DNA of 64,000 nt from an uncultured Gemmatimonadaceae bacterium. GTDB lineage: Bacteria; Gemmatimonadota; Gemmatimonadetes; Gemmatimonadales; Gemmatimonadaceae. Below, in pieces: positions 26,623 to 37,265 of the stretch. The position numbers were made by a program, and so were the translations under genes. Within the stretch, counting starts at the first letter, position 1; each line of letters opens with the position of its first letter. Below the pieces are notes generated by a model. That model did not search any database. It saw only the letters and a list, made by a program, of their open reading frames with translations, and was not told the DNA's origin. Location of the stretch: assembly GCA_963740355.1 (NCBI GenBank), contig CAVUDW010000002.1, forward strand, positions 2,144,001 through 2,208,000, read 5' to 3'.

Positions 26623-28350
26623 GTGAGCGTTCGGATTCCTCAGATCGCGTGGCTCGGTCTCGTCGCCGGTAGCATGTCCTGTGCGCTTGAAGCACAGGTG
26701 GCCCGTGCGCCAGACCCCAATACGCCGCGCATGATGGTGCTGACGTTCCGCACTGCCACGCCGGGCAACTCCGGCGTTCAGGCAGCGGACGCACTGCGCT
26801 CGCGTATGGGCTCTGAAGTCCCGTACAAGCAACTCTGGCAGATCCCGAACACGGAAATCAACGCCGTGCTCGAGGCCTCCGGCTACAAGAAGGACGAACC
26901 ACTCTCGTCCAACGATGCCCGCGAACTCGGCCGTCAGCTCCGTGCGGATGAGTTCGTTCAGGGCTTTGTCCGCCGTGACGGCGAAGCCTGGCGCATCGAA
27001 GCCACGCTGCACCTCGTTCGCGACCCGTCGCTGGCACAGCCGCTGACACTCCAGTCTGCCGCCAAGGCTGGTGACGCTGCCAAGCTCATCGCGGCCGAGC
27101 TCGTCGAGGCCCGCAAGCAGCTGGTGCCGGAACGCGCCTGCGTGAATGCCGCCCGGGACAAGAACTGGGACAAGGCCATGGCGTCGGCGCGCGAAGGGAT
27201 TGCCCTCTTCCCGAAGGCCGTCATCGCCCGTACCTGCCTGCTCAACGCGATGGTCGAGACCAAGGCCACCGACGAAGCACAGCTCGCCATGGCAGAAGAA
27301 ATTCTCGCCATCGATTCGCGCAGCCGCCGTGCATTGTCGATTGCCGGTGACATCTATCGTCGCCGCAACCTCGCCAACCCGAAGGACACCACGAACGCGA
27401 ACAAGATGATTCAGGCCTACACCGGCCTGATCGCTGCCGACCCGACGAACACCCGCCTCGTCGACGACGTCACGAAGGCCATTGCCGGCGCCGGTAACCC
27501 GGGCGTGGCACTGCCGATCATCCGCAAGGCCGTTGAAGAGAATCCGGGCGATGCATCGCTGATGCGCACGCAGTTCCTCGTCGAGCTCGCTGCTCGCGAT
27601 ACCAAGAATGCCATCCGCACGGGCACCGAACTGGCCGCGCTCGACACGGCCATGGCCGACACGAATTACTTCTTCCGCATGGCTGCGGCGTACCAGCAGG
27701 ACAGCCAGCCGGCCAAGGCCGCCGAAGTGATCGCGCAGGGTGTTGCCAAGTTCCCGGAGAGCGCCAGTCTCCTCGTCGTCTCGGCCCAGGCGCAGCGCGC
27801 CGCTGGTCAGACGCAGCAGGCTGTCGAGACCCTGAAGAAGGCACTCACGCTCGATGCCAACGTCGAGCGCGGACAGCTGCAGCTCGCACAGCTGTACAAC
27901 GACCTCAAGCAGCCGGACAGTGCTTACGCCGCGCTGGTTCGTGCCGACAAGGGCGCTGACAGCGTACTCGTGGGTGACGTCGCACTCGACCTTGGCAACA
28001 AGGCGCAGCGTGAAGTCGCAGCGAAGCCCGACGCGACCGACGTCGACTGGACCAACGTCGTCAACTTCCTCACGCTGGCCGACAACAACGCCACCAGCCC
28101 CGAGCGCAAGCAGCAGGCGAAGTTCCTCCTCGGCACCGTGGCGCTGCGTCGTGGTCAGGCGTTGCTCAAGGCGGGCGTCGATGGCAAGAACTGCGCGATG
28201 GTCAAGTCCGCAGGCGAACAGCTGGCGATCGCCCAGGTCAACGTGCCTGCCGGTGGACGTTTCGCTCCGCAGGCCGCTGGCCAGCTGATGCAGGCGCTCG
28301 GCCAGTTGCTGCCGGCGTCGGCCCAGGCCGAAAAGGCGATCTGCAAGTAA
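26623..28350 (+). CDS. Secreted/periplasmic TPR protein with TolB-N/CsgG-like N-terminal region
   Basis: GGAGG before GTG, signal peptide (ALEA/Q), alpha/beta N-terminus (ARELGRQLRADEFVQG), then TPRs. Confidence 0.75.
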   Translation: MSVRIPQIAWLGLVAGSMSCALEAQVARAPDPNTPRMMVLTFRTATPGNSGVQAADALRSRMGSEVPYKQLWQIPNTEINAVLEASGYKKDEPLSSNDARELGRQLRADEFVQGFVRRDGEAWRIEATLHLVRDPSLAQPLTLQSAAKAGDAAKLIAAELVEARKQLVPERACVNAARDKNWDKAMASAREGIALFPKAVIARTCLLNAMVETKATDEAQLAMAEEILAIDSRSRRALSIAGDIYRRRNLANPKDTTNANKMIQAYTGLIAADPTNTRLVDDVTKAIAGAGNPGVALPIIRKAVEENPGDASLMRTQFLVELAARDTKNAIRTGTELAALDTAMADTNYFFRMAAAYQQDSQPAKAAEVIAQGVAKFPESASLLVVSAQAQRAAGQTQQAVETLKKALTLDANVERGQLQLAQLYNDLKQPDSAYAALVRADKGADSVLVGDVALDLGNKAQREVAAKPDATDVDWTNVVNFLTLADNNATSPERKQQAKFLLGTVALRRGQALLKAGVDGKNCAMVKSAGEQLAIAQVNVPAGGRFAPQAAGQLMQALGQLLPASAQAEKAICK

Positions 28351-28414
28351 GCCGTGCCGGAATGATCGCTCGAGCGTGGGCGGCGTTGTCTCGCCTCGCT
28401 TGAAGTCGGTGTCG

Positions 28415-28447
28415 AAGCGCCCACTGTCTCCGGACAGTGGGCGCTTT
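28415..28447 (+). terminator. Probable intrinsic terminator
   Basis: AAGCGCCCACTGTC-TCCG-GACAGTGGGCGCTT, a perfect 14-bp stem with a short T tract. Confidence 0.7.
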
Positions 28448-28538
28448 GCCTTGCCCCATCGTCGTCGCGCGTGGCGTTCACGCCAACGCCCGGTGTTTCG
28501 CTAGATTGCGCTCGCTGGCCCACCCACAAACCGACGGA

Positions 28539-29495
28539 ATGATCGCTGCACCCGACCCGAAGGCCGCCGCGCAGGCTTTCGCCACGCCGTATCACGCACC
28601 CGTGCTCGTCGACGCGGTGCTCTCGGCGTGTGTGAATGCGACCACGGTGCTGGATGGTACGCTGGGTGGTGGTGGACACACCGCCGCATTGCTCAACGCG
28701 GGCAAGCAGGTCACCGCACTTGATCGCGATCCGGCCGCAATTGCAGTGGCAGGTGAGCGACTCGCGGACGCCGTGGCGAGTGGCGCACTCGAAATCGTGC
28801 AATGCAACTATGCCGACGTCGACACCACGCCTGCACTTGCCGGTCGCACCTTCGACGCCATCCTGCTCGACCTCGGCGTCTCGTCACGTCAGCTCGACGA
28901 TGATTCACGTGGCTTCTCCTTCCGCGTCGGTGCACCACTCGACATGCGCATGGAAGCGCGTGGCCTCAGTGCGGCGGATTGGCTCAACACGGCCGACGAC
29001 GAAACGCTCGTGCATGCTTTTCGCGCCTATGGCGACGAGCCGCGCGCGCCGCGCCTTGCCAAGCAGGTGCAGGAGCGTCGCGTATTGCGCCCATTCACTG
29101 TCAGCGACGATTTTGTGAATGCCATTCGCGCCACGCTTGGCGCGCGCTCCGGTCCCTCGGATTTCGCGCGGCTTTTCCAGGCGTTGCGCATCGCCGTCAA
29201 CGATGAACTTGCCGGTCTCACGCGCGCCCTTCCCGCGCTGCGCGATCGGCTTACCCCAGGCGGACTCTTTCTGGTGATGGCTTACCACTCGGGTGAGGAC
29301 CGTCTCGTGAAGCACGCATTCCGGGACTGGAGCACCGCATGCACCTGTCCACCCCGCGCGCCGTTCTGCCAGTGTGATGGCGTCGCGCTTGGCACGCTGC
29401 ACACACGCAAGGCCATTGTCGCCGACGCCGGCGAGATTGCGCTCAACCCTCGCGCCCGCAGCGCGCATCTTCGCATATGGCAGCGCGCCGAGTAA
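28539..29495 (+). CDS. rsmH: 16S rRNA m4C1402 methyltransferase
   Basis: YHAPVL, DGTLGGGGHT, LDLGVSSRQLD, RGFSF, PLDMRM, FQALRIAVNDEL, YHSGEDR, NPRARSA. Confidence 0.97.
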   Translation: MIAAPDPKAAAQAFATPYHAPVLVDAVLSACVNATTVLDGTLGGGGHTAALLNAGKQVTALDRDPAAIAVAGERLADAVASGALEIVQCNYADVDTTPALAGRTFDAILLDLGVSSRQLDDDSRGFSFRVGAPLDMRMEARGLSAADWLNTADDETLVHAFRAYGDEPRAPRLAKQVQERRVLRPFTVSDDFVNAIRATLGARSGPSDFARLFQALRIAVNDELAGLTRALPALRDRLTPGGLFLVMAYHSGEDRLVKHAFRDWSTACTCPPRAPFCQCDGVALGTLHTRKAIVADAGEIALNPRARSAHLRIWQRAE

Positions 29496-29797
29496 CCCCG
29501 CCGCGGCGCAAGGGCCGCACCACCGTCGCGTTGGTATTGCTCGGCGCGTTCGTCGTCGCCTTTTGCATCATCGCTCGTCGCGCCTACGGGCGCGCCCTGC
29601 AGCGTGACCTTGCCGGTATCGAGCGCACACGCACGCAGTTGAGTGGTGAAGTGATTCGTCTCGAAGGAGAGATTCGCACCGCATCCAGCCGCAACCGACT
29701 CGCGCCGCTGGTCGAGTCGACGCTCGGCATGCGTGTCCCGTCCGACACCCAGGTCATCGACCTCCCGCCTGAGGAGGCACCACGTGTCGCTCCGTGA
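29477..29797 (+). CDS. ftsL: Cell division protein FtsL-like
   Basis: Basic N-terminus, one TM, coiled coil, LGMRVP. Lies between rsmH and ftsI. Confidence 0.75.
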   Translation: MAARRVTPPRRKGRTTVALVLLGAFVVAFCIIARRAYGRALQRDLAGIERTRTQLSGEVIRLEGEIRTASSRNRLAPLVESTLGMRVPSDTQVIDLPPEEAPRVAP

Positions 29798-31811
29798 ACG
29801 GCTCAGTGGCCTGCGTGATCGGTTCAGCCTCGTCGAGTGGGGCGTCGCGGTGTTCGCCGTCGCCATCCTCGCCAAGGCGGCGTATGTCCAGCTGCTGCAC
29901 GGATCCGAGTGGGCCGTGCTGGCAACGAAGCAGCAGACGCGGCTCGAGCGGTTGCCGGCGCCGCGCGGCCGCATGGTCGACGCCACCGGTATTCCGCTGG
30001 TGGAGAGTCGCGAATTGGTGTCATTCAGCATCGCACCGCGTGAAATCCGAAGGAACGACCGCGCGGTGCTCGATCACACGCTCCGCAGCCTGAAGGCGCC
30101 GCAAGCCTATGTGCGTCGCAGCCTCGACACGACCCGCATCTGGGTGAACCTGCCCGGCCAGTATGCGATGGGTGACGCCGCGAACATGATCGGCATGCGC
30201 GGCGTGTATGCCACATACCAGATGGTGCGCATGGGTTCGCGCTCGCGCGGTGTGCGCGCCGTCGTCGGCGGCCTTGACGGTGATCGGCCGATCAGTGGGC
30301 TCGAGCTTGCGCTCGACAGCGTCCTGCAGGGCGTGACCGGCACGCGGCAGTTGATCAAGACCGGACGTGGTGACCGGCTCGAGTCGCCGGATGCGCCGAT
30401 GGTCGCACCCGTGCGCGGCAACGATCTCACGCTCACCATCAACTACGGCGTGCAGGACATCGCCGAGCAGGCGCTCGAGAGTGCCGTTGCCGCGAACGAC
30501 GCCGATGGTGGTGATGTCGTGGTGCTCAATCCGCGCACCGGCGAAATCATTGCGCTCGCTAGCCGTACGCGAACGGGTGTGGCCACCAAGCTGACGGCCG
30601 TCACCGATCCGTACGAGCCGGGGTCCACGCTCAAGCCGTTCGTCGTGGCGCAACTGATCGCCGATGGCCTGACGCGACCCGACGAGATGATCAACACCTA
30701 CAACGGTACGCTCAAGTACAAGGGCATTCGCACCATCACGGATGCACACATCGCGCCGCGAATGAGTGTGACGGAGGTGTTGGCACAGTCGAGCAACATC
30801 GGCATCGTGACGCTGCGTGATCGCATGAAGGATCGGGAGCACTACCAGCTGTTGCGCAACCTCGGCTTCGGGTCGCCCACAGGGTTGTCGTACCCCGGCG
30901 AGTCATCGGGACGACTGCCGGCACTCGGTCGGTGGGATCGCTACACACCGTCATCGCTCGCGATGGGGTATGAGCTCACCGTCACGCCACTGCAACTCGC
31001 GCTGGCCTATGGCGCGATTGCGAACGATGGCTTGCTCATGGAGCCGACGTTGATCCGTGAGATCCGCAACGCCGACAACACGGTGCGCTGGCGGCACCAG
31101 AAGCGAGTGGTTCGGCGGGTATTTACGCCGGAGGTCGCGCGAGCGATGCGTGAAGTGCTCAAGCACACGATCACCGAGGGTACCGGCAAGAGCGCGTCGC
31201 TCACCAAGTTTTCGCTCGCAGGAAAGTCCGGTACCACCAAGCTGTTGCGTGACGGGAGCTACAACTCCGGTGACTACACCGCCAGCTTCGTCGGCCTCTT
31301 TCCGGCTGACGACCCGCAGTTCGTGATCCTCGCCAAGCTCGATCGGCCGCGGCGCGGCGTAGTGTACGGCGGCCTGGTGGCTGCGCCGATCCTCAAGGCC
31401 ATCATCGAAGGCACCTTCGCGTCGACGCAGACTGCCATCGATCGGCGTGCCCTCGCCGCACAGTCGATTCCCACGCCAGTGCCGACCGACTCCAGCGCTG
31501 ATGCGGGTGACACAGTTCCTGCGGTGCCCGTTGCGCCGCGGCCGCTGCGGCGTGTTCGGCTGGAGTCGAATGAAGGCGCCGTGCCGTACCTGATGGCGAT
31601 CGCACCTGCAAAGCGTGCCGCACCGGCGCCGCCGGTCAGTGCCCGCGCCATTCCCACCGTCGCGGGACTCACGCTGCGCGAGGCGCTCCTGACCCTGCAT
31701 GAGAAGGGTTTCCGTGTCGTGGTCGACTCGCTCGGTGGTGGTGGAACATCGCCCGCTGCCGGAGAAACGGCGTTGCCCGGTTCGATCGTCCGACTGCATC
31801 GCGCGCCATGA
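29784..31811 (+). CDS. ftsI: Class B penicillin-binding protein with C-terminal PASTA-like domain
   Basis: GAGGAGG before GTG 29784. APRGRMVD, YEPGSTLK (SxxK), SSN, GKSGT. Confidence 0.92.
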   Translation: MSLRERLSGLRDRFSLVEWGVAVFAVAILAKAAYVQLLHGSEWAVLATKQQTRLERLPAPRGRMVDATGIPLVESRELVSFSIAPREIRRNDRAVLDHTLRSLKAPQAYVRRSLDTTRIWVNLPGQYAMGDAANMIGMRGVYATYQMVRMGSRSRGVRAVVGGLDGDRPISGLELALDSVLQGVTGTRQLIKTGRGDRLESPDAPMVAPVRGNDLTLTINYGVQDIAEQALESAVAANDADGGDVVVLNPRTGEIIALASRTRTGVATKLTAVTDPYEPGSTLKPFVVAQLIADGLTRPDEMINTYNGTLKYKGIRTITDAHIAPRMSVTEVLAQSSNIGIVTLRDRMKDREHYQLLRNLGFGSPTGLSYPGESSGRLPALGRWDRYTPSSLAMGYELTVTPLQLALAYGAIANDGLLMEPTLIREIRNADNTVRWRHQKRVVRRVFTPEVARAMREVLKHTITEGTGKSASLTKFSLAGKSGTTKLLRDGSYNSGDYTASFVGLFPADDPQFVILAKLDRPRRGVVYGGLVAAPILKAIIEGTFASTQTAIDRRALAAQSIPTPVPTDSSADAGDTVPAVPVAPRPLRRVRLESNEGAVPYLMAIAPAKRAAPAPPVSARAIPTVAGLTLREALLTLHEKGFRVVVDSLGGGGTSPAAGETALPGSIVRLHRAP

Positions 31812-33283
31812 CGGCTCACGTTCGGACTACGGTCATCATGGAGGCACTGCAACGCGCCGGACTGTTCACCGGTGTGCGTGGTGCCTTGCCTGAGTCGCTG
31901 GCAACCATCACCGCGGACAGTCGCTCTGCGAGCCCGGGTAGCCTGTTCGTCGCCGTGCGCGGCAGCGTGCGCGATGGGCACAGCTTCCTGCCACAAGTCG
32001 AGGCGCAAGGTGCCGCGGCGGCCATCATCAGTGACGACGCATCCACGTCGCTGCCAGCGATCCTCGTGAACGATTCTCGGCGAGCGGTCGCGGTGGCTGC
32101 GTCCGCCTGGTACGGCGAGCCTGCTCGACGTTTGCGGCTCGTTGCTGTGACCGGCACCAATGGCAAGACGACATCGGCCAGTATGCTGCGGCATCTCCTC
32201 GACTCGGACGCCGAGCGTGCCGCCTCGATCGGTACTCTCGGCGTGCTGATCGGTTCGGACGGCGACGTGTTCCCGGGGGGCAGCGGCCTCACCACACCCG
32301 GGCCGATCGAGTTGCAGCGCCTCCTGCGCGGACTCGCCGACGAGGGCGTGCATTGGGTCGCGATGGAAGCGAGTTCGCATGCGCTGCACCAGCATCGGCT
32401 CGATGGGCTGCAGTTCGAGGTTGGGCTCTTCACGAACTTCACGCGCGATCATCTCGACTACCACGGCACCATGGAGGAGTACTTCGCCGCCAAGGCGATG
32501 CTGCTCACCCAGCTCACACCCGACGGGTCTGTGGTCACGAACGCCGATGACCCTGCGTGGGACAGTCTGCCGCCCACCACACACCGCCGCGTGCGGTTCT
32601 CGGCTGGTGCCCGTGTCGCCGACGTGTATGCGCGGCGCACCGAGTTCACGCCCACCGGCAGCAACTTCTCGCTCCATGCGCCGGCGACCGATCCGGTGAA
32701 GGTGCACCTGCCGTTGCTGGGCGACTTTCAGGTCGAGAATGCCGTCGGCGTCGCCGCGGTCGGTGTGGCGCTCGGATTGTCCCTCGCCGACATCGGGGCA
32801 CGCCTTTCCACCATGCCACAGGTCTCCGGTCGGCTCGAGCGACTCAGCACCATGCCCGCCGTGTTGCGCGACTACGCGCACACACCGGATGCGCTCGAAC
32901 GCGCACTGCAATCGGTGCGCCCCTTCGCGAAGGGACGTGTCATCGTGGTCTTTGGTGCCGGTGGTGATCGCGATCGCGGCAAGCGGCCAGAGATGGGGCG
33001 AGTGGCGGCCGCGCTGGCCGACGTCTGCATCGTCACCAGCGACAATCCGCGCACCGAAGACCCGTCGAGGATCATCGATGACATCGTCGCCGGCATGCCG
33101 ATCGAGAAGGTCCTCCGCGAGGAAGATCGTCGCGAGGCAATCACCGTGGCCGTCGATTTGGCAGGTGCCGACGACCTCGTCCTGCTGGCAGGCAAGGGAC
33201 ATGAGACCTACCAGATTCGCGGGACGACCAGCTATCCGTTTGACGAGGCAGAGATCGTGGCAGAACTCACGGCAGGTCGATGA
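31808..33283 (+). CDS. murE: UDP-MurNAc-tripeptide synthetase (meso-DAP type)
   Basis: VTGTNGKTT, MEASSH, RDHLDYH, DYAHTPD, SDNPR, AGKGHE. Confidence 0.97.
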   Translation: MTAHVRTTVIMEALQRAGLFTGVRGALPESLATITADSRSASPGSLFVAVRGSVRDGHSFLPQVEAQGAAAAIISDDASTSLPAILVNDSRRAVAVAASAWYGEPARRLRLVAVTGTNGKTTSASMLRHLLDSDAERAASIGTLGVLIGSDGDVFPGGSGLTTPGPIELQRLLRGLADEGVHWVAMEASSHALHQHRLDGLQFEVGLFTNFTRDHLDYHGTMEEYFAAKAMLLTQLTPDGSVVTNADDPAWDSLPPTTHRRVRFSAGARVADVYARRTEFTPTGSNFSLHAPATDPVKVHLPLLGDFQVENAVGVAAVGVALGLSLADIGARLSTMPQVSGRLERLSTMPAVLRDYAHTPDALERALQSVRPFAKGRVIVVFGAGGDRDRGKRPEMGRVAAALADVCIVTSDNPRTEDPSRIIDDIVAGMPIEKVLREEDRREAITVAVDLAGADDLVLLAGKGHETYQIRGTTSYPFDEAEIVAELTAGR

Positions 33284-34698
33284 TGGCGTCGCGCACTCCG
33301 CTCGCCAGCGATGTTCCGTATACCGCAACCGGCCACGTGTTCTGGACCATGGATCGTGCCGCGCAGGCGCTCGCTGCCTGTGCCACGATTCCGGCGCCGC
33401 ACGGCGCGCGCGAATTCGTCGCAGTCAGCACTGACACGCGCACTATCGTCCCCGGAACACTGTTCGTGGCGCTGAAGGGTGACAACTTCGACGCCCATGA
33501 CTTCCTCGCCAACGCCGTCGCGGCCGGTGCCGCGGCACTCGTCGTCAGCGATGTGGAACGCACGGTCGGCATCGGCGTCCCGGTGTACGGGGTGCGCGAT
33601 ACCCGCGAAGCACTGGGCGCGCTGGCGCGCTTCCGCCGCGAAGCGTGGGGCAAGCCGGTCATCGCCATCGGCGGCTCCAACGGCAAGACGAGCACCAAGG
33701 CCATGCTCGCGGCGATGCTCGCCGGCGCCTACGATGTCCACGCGACGGTCGGAAACCTGAACAACGAAATCGGTGTGCCGCTCACGCTTCTGGCAGTGCC
33801 CGATGATGCCGATGTCGCGGTCGTCGAAGCGGGCACCAATAGCCCCGGTGAAATCGAGCGGCTGCGCAAGATCATCATGCCCGACGTGACCGTGATCACG
33901 TCGATCGGTGAGGAACACCTCGAAGGATTCGGCGACATTCATGGTGTCCTGAAGGAAGAGCTGGCACTCACCGTCGGCGTACCGGTGGTCGTCGCGCCCG
34001 CGGCACATCCCGAAGTTGCCGCCGGCGTGCACGGTGACGGCCAGCAGGTCGTGGTGGCCGGACTGGACGACGGGCACATGCAGCCGCTCCGTTGGCGCCT
34101 CGAAACAGACGGCAGTGGTACACTCACCTTCGATGACGGCGACCTGCACGTCCCGCTTCGTGGAGCGCACAACCTGCGTAACGCAATGCTCGCCGTCACG
34201 GTCGCGCGCGGGTTCGGTGTCACGCTCGAGCAGATGCAGTTCGGACTGTCCCGCATGGTGCAGCCATCGATGCGCGCCGCGGTCGATCCGCTCGGTACTG
34301 CACTGCTGGTGAACGACGCCTACAATGCCAATCCGCCATCGATGCGCGCCGCCCTCGACCTGCTCGAGGCAGTCGGTAACGGCCGTCCACTCGTCGCCGT
34401 GCTGGGCACGATGCGGGAACTCGGGACTGGCAGCGACGCACTGCATGATGACATCGCTCGTGATGCCATTCGCCGACCGCTGCACCTGATCGTCGGTGTC
34501 GGCGACTTTGCGGCGGCATTCCGTCGCATCGCGCCGGATGACCCGCGCCTCGTGCTCGCTGACGACGCGCCGGCCGCTGTGGAGGAACTGCTTCGACGAG
34601 CACCGGGCACGGCAGCAATCTTGCTCAAGGGTTCGCGTGGGGCGCGCCTCGAACGACTGGTCGCCCCGATTACTGCCTGGGCCACTTCGGCCACCTGA
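33280..34698 (+). CDS. murF: UDP-MurNAc-tripeptide:D-Ala-D-Ala ligase
   Basis: GSNGKTSTK, NLNNEIGVPLT, NDAYNANP, LKGSRG. Confidence 0.96.
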   Translation: MMASRTPLASDVPYTATGHVFWTMDRAAQALAACATIPAPHGAREFVAVSTDTRTIVPGTLFVALKGDNFDAHDFLANAVAAGAAALVVSDVERTVGIGVPVYGVRDTREALGALARFRREAWGKPVIAIGGSNGKTSTKAMLAAMLAGAYDVHATVGNLNNEIGVPLTLLAVPDDADVAVVEAGTNSPGEIERLRKIIMPDVTVITSIGEEHLEGFGDIHGVLKEELALTVGVPVVVAPAAHPEVAAGVHGDGQQVVVAGLDDGHMQPLRWRLETDGSGTLTFDDGDLHVPLRGAHNLRNAMLAVTVARGFGVTLEQMQFGLSRMVQPSMRAAVDPLGTALLVNDAYNANPPSMRAALDLLEAVGNGRPLVAVLGTMRELGTGSDALHDDIARDAIRRPLHLIVGVGDFAAAFRRIAPDDPRLVLADDAPAAVEELLRRAPGTAAILLKGSRGARLERLVAPITAWATSAT

Positions 34699-34719
34699 CC
34701 ACACACACGACTCCCCGAC

Positions 34720-35862
34720 GTGCTGTTCCATCTGCTATCGCCGCTCCAGCCCTACTGGGAACCCTTCCGGCTGATTTACTACATCAGCTTTCGTGCGGTC
34801 GGCGCTGCCGTCACCGCATTGCTGATGGCGTTCCTCGTCGGCCCGATCATCATTGCACGCCTCCGGTCCATGGCGCTGCATCAGGTCGTGCGTGAAGGCA
34901 CTCCCGATTCCCACAAGGCGAAGGGCACCACGCCGACGATGGGTGGCCTGATCATCCTCGCTGCCACCATCATCCCGACGCTGCTGTGGGCGAAGCTGAA
35001 CAATCGCTACGTCCTGCTGGCACTGGTCGTGATGGCCTGGATGGGCGGCATCGGCTTTCTCGACGACTACCTCAAGCTTCGCCAGAAGCGGCTCGGCGTG
35101 AAGAACGAAGGACTGGTCGAGCGATACAAGCTTGCGGGCCAGATCGTGATCGGTGTTGCGCTCGGGCTCTACCTCTGGCTCGACCCGATCAGCACACTGC
35201 CTGGCGCCTCGACGACGTTGCCATTCTTCAAGTACGTGCTGATCGTGCCGATGTCGATCGGCTTCGCATGGACGTATGTCCCGTTCGTGACGTTCATCCT
35301 CACCGGAGCCAGTAACGCGGTGAACTTCACCGATGGTCTCGATGGGCTTGCCGCGGGACTCTGTGCCATTGCTGCCGTCACGTTCGCCATCTACGCCTAC
35401 GCGATGGGACGCATCGACGTCAGCGGATACCTGCAGCTGTTCTACCTGCGCGGCGCTGGAGAACTCACGATCTTCTGTTCCGCGATGTTCGGCGCGCTGA
35501 TCGGCTTCCTCTGGTTCAATGCCTTCCCAGCCCAGGTCTTCATGGGCGATACGGGGTCGCTCGCGCTCGGCGGGGCGATCGGTGCCGTAGCGATCCTGCT
35601 CAAGAGCGAATTCCTGTTGGCGATCGTCGGCGCCGTCTTCGTTGCGGAAGTCATCTCGGTCATCCTGCAGCGGTCCGTCTTCAAGTACCGTCGCAAGAAA
35701 TTCGGGCTCGAGTTCGCGCAGAAGAACCGTGTCTTTCTCAGGGCGCCGCTGCATCATCACTTCGAGATGAAGGGCTGGCCGGAGACGCAGGTGGTGGTAC
35801 GCTTCTGGATCATCGGCATTCTCTGCGCATTCCTTGCACTCGGTACGCTCAAGCTGCGATGA
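34720..35862 (+). CDS. mraY: Phospho-MurNAc-pentapeptide transferase
   Basis: KGTTPTMGG, GFLDDY, NAVNFTDGLDGL, FMGDTGS, APLHHHFE. Confidence 0.98.
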   Translation: MLFHLLSPLQPYWEPFRLIYYISFRAVGAAVTALLMAFLVGPIIIARLRSMALHQVVREGTPDSHKAKGTTPTMGGLIILAATIIPTLLWAKLNNRYVLLALVVMAWMGGIGFLDDYLKLRQKRLGVKNEGLVERYKLAGQIVIGVALGLYLWLDPISTLPGASTTLPFFKYVLIVPMSIGFAWTYVPFVTFILTGASNAVNFTDGLDGLAAGLCAIAAVTFAIYAYAMGRIDVSGYLQLFYLRGAGELTIFCSAMFGALIGFLWFNAFPAQVFMGDTGSLALGGAIGAVAILLKSEFLLAIVGAVFVAEVISVILQRSVFKYRRKKFGLEFAQKNRVFLRAPLHHHFEMKGWPETQVVVRFWIIGILCAFLALGTLKLR

Positions 35863-37265
35863 GCGACTCCCTGTTCACTCGCGTCGGTCGGACGCCCGGC
35901 GAAGTCGCAGTCATCGGGCTGGGAAAGTCCGGTTACGCGGTCTCGCTGCTTCTTCGGCGTGATGGCATCGCGGTCTACGCATCGGACGGTGGCGCGTCGC
36001 CAGCGCTCGATACGAGTGCCGAGCGTCTCCGGGCGGCAGGTGTCGACGTGGAGCTTGGCTCGCACGATCTCGCGCGGATCGCCCGCAGTGCGCTGGTCGT
36101 GGCGAGTCCCGGCGTGCCACCGACCGCACCGCCATTGCTCGCCGCCGCCGACTCCGGCGTCCCTGTCGTTGGTGAGCTGGAAGTAGCGCTGCACGCGATG
36201 CCGGCCTTGCACTACGTGGCCGTCACCGGCACCAATGGCAAGACGACGACCACCGCGCTGATCGGGCATATCCTCCGCGCGCTCGGGCGAGACGCCGTCG
36301 ATGCCGGCAACATCGGCACGGCACTCGCCGACTACGCACTGCAGGATCCGCAGCCCGGCTGGGCAGCGCTCGAGTGTTCGAGCTTCCAGTTGCATGACAC
36401 GCCGAGCATAGAGCCGACGGTTGGTGTCGTCACCAACCTCAGTCCAGACCACCTCGACCGCTATGCGTCGCTCGACGACTACTACGCCGACAAGGCGCGT
36501 CTCTTCGGCCACGCCACCGATCGATCGCGCTGGGTACTGAACGGCGACGACGCGCAGGTGATGCAACTCTACAGCCGCCTCGGTCGCGGCGATCGGTTGC
36601 CAGGCTCGATCCACACCTTCCGCATCGGCACCGCCGCGGACGCCTGGTTCGATCCTTCGACGATGATGCTGCACCTGCGTGGTGAACCGTTGATGCATCG
36701 CGAAGACTTGTCGCTCGTCGGTGACCACAACGTGGCCAACGCCCTGACCGCCGCGCTCGCCGTCGTGGTCGCGAGCGACGACTTTGCCACACCCGCGGCG
36801 CGCACGGTCATCGTCGACGCGCTGCGGTCGTTTCATGCGTTGCCCCATCGCCTTGAACCGGTGCCAACCGACGATGGGGTGCTCTGGTTGAATGATTCCA
36901 AGGCGACCAACGTCAGCTCGACCCTCGTGGCAGTGCAGGGAATGACGCGCCCCTTCGTCCTCCTCCTGGGCGGACGGCACAAGGGCGAGGCGTACACCGC
37001 GCTCGCTGCACCATTTCTCGCGCACGGCAAGCGTATCCTGGCCTACGGCGAGGCTGCCGACGAAATCGTGGCGGACCTCGCATCGCACGTGGCCGTCGAA
37101 CGCATCGACGGCTCGTTCGCCGACGTCATCGCGCGCGCGCGTGCTATCGCCGTTCCCGGTGATGCAATCCTCCTCTCTCCCGCCTGCTCGAGCTACGACA
37201 TGTTCCGGAACTACGAGGAGCGCGGCGCGTCCTTCCGCCAGCTGGCGCGTGGAGTGGCATCATGA
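35859..37265 (+). CDS. murD: UDP-MurNAc-L-Ala:D-Glu ligase
   Basis: SPGVP, GTNGKTTT, ECSSFQL, DHLDRY, NDSKATN, LSPACSSYD. Confidence 0.97.
   Translation: MSDSLFTRVGRTPGEVAVIGLGKSGYAVSLLLRRDGIAVYASDGGASPALDTSAERLRAAGVDVELGSHDLARIARSALVVASPGVPPTAPPLLAAADSGVPVVGELEVALHAMPALHYVAVTGTNGKTTTTALIGHILRALGRDAVDAGNIGTALADYALQDPQPGWAALECSSFQLHDTPSIEPTVGVVTNLSPDHLDRYASLDDYYADKARLFGHATDRSRWVLNGDDAQVMQLYSRLGRGDRLPGSIHTFRIGTAADAWFDPSTMMLHLRGEPLMHREDLSLVGDHNVANALTAALAVVVASDDFATPAARTVIVDALRSFHALPHRLEPVPTDDGVLWLNDSKATNVSSTLVAVQGMTRPFVLLLGGRHKGEAYTALAAPFLAHGKRILAYGEAADEIVADLASHVAVERIDGSFADVIARARAIAVPGDAILLSPACSSYDMFRNYEERGASFRQLARGVAS

Noticed and set aside
26482..28350. Genomic island integrated at tRNA-Val
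   Set aside because: No integrase, no duplicated tRNA 3' end and no evident compositional shift.
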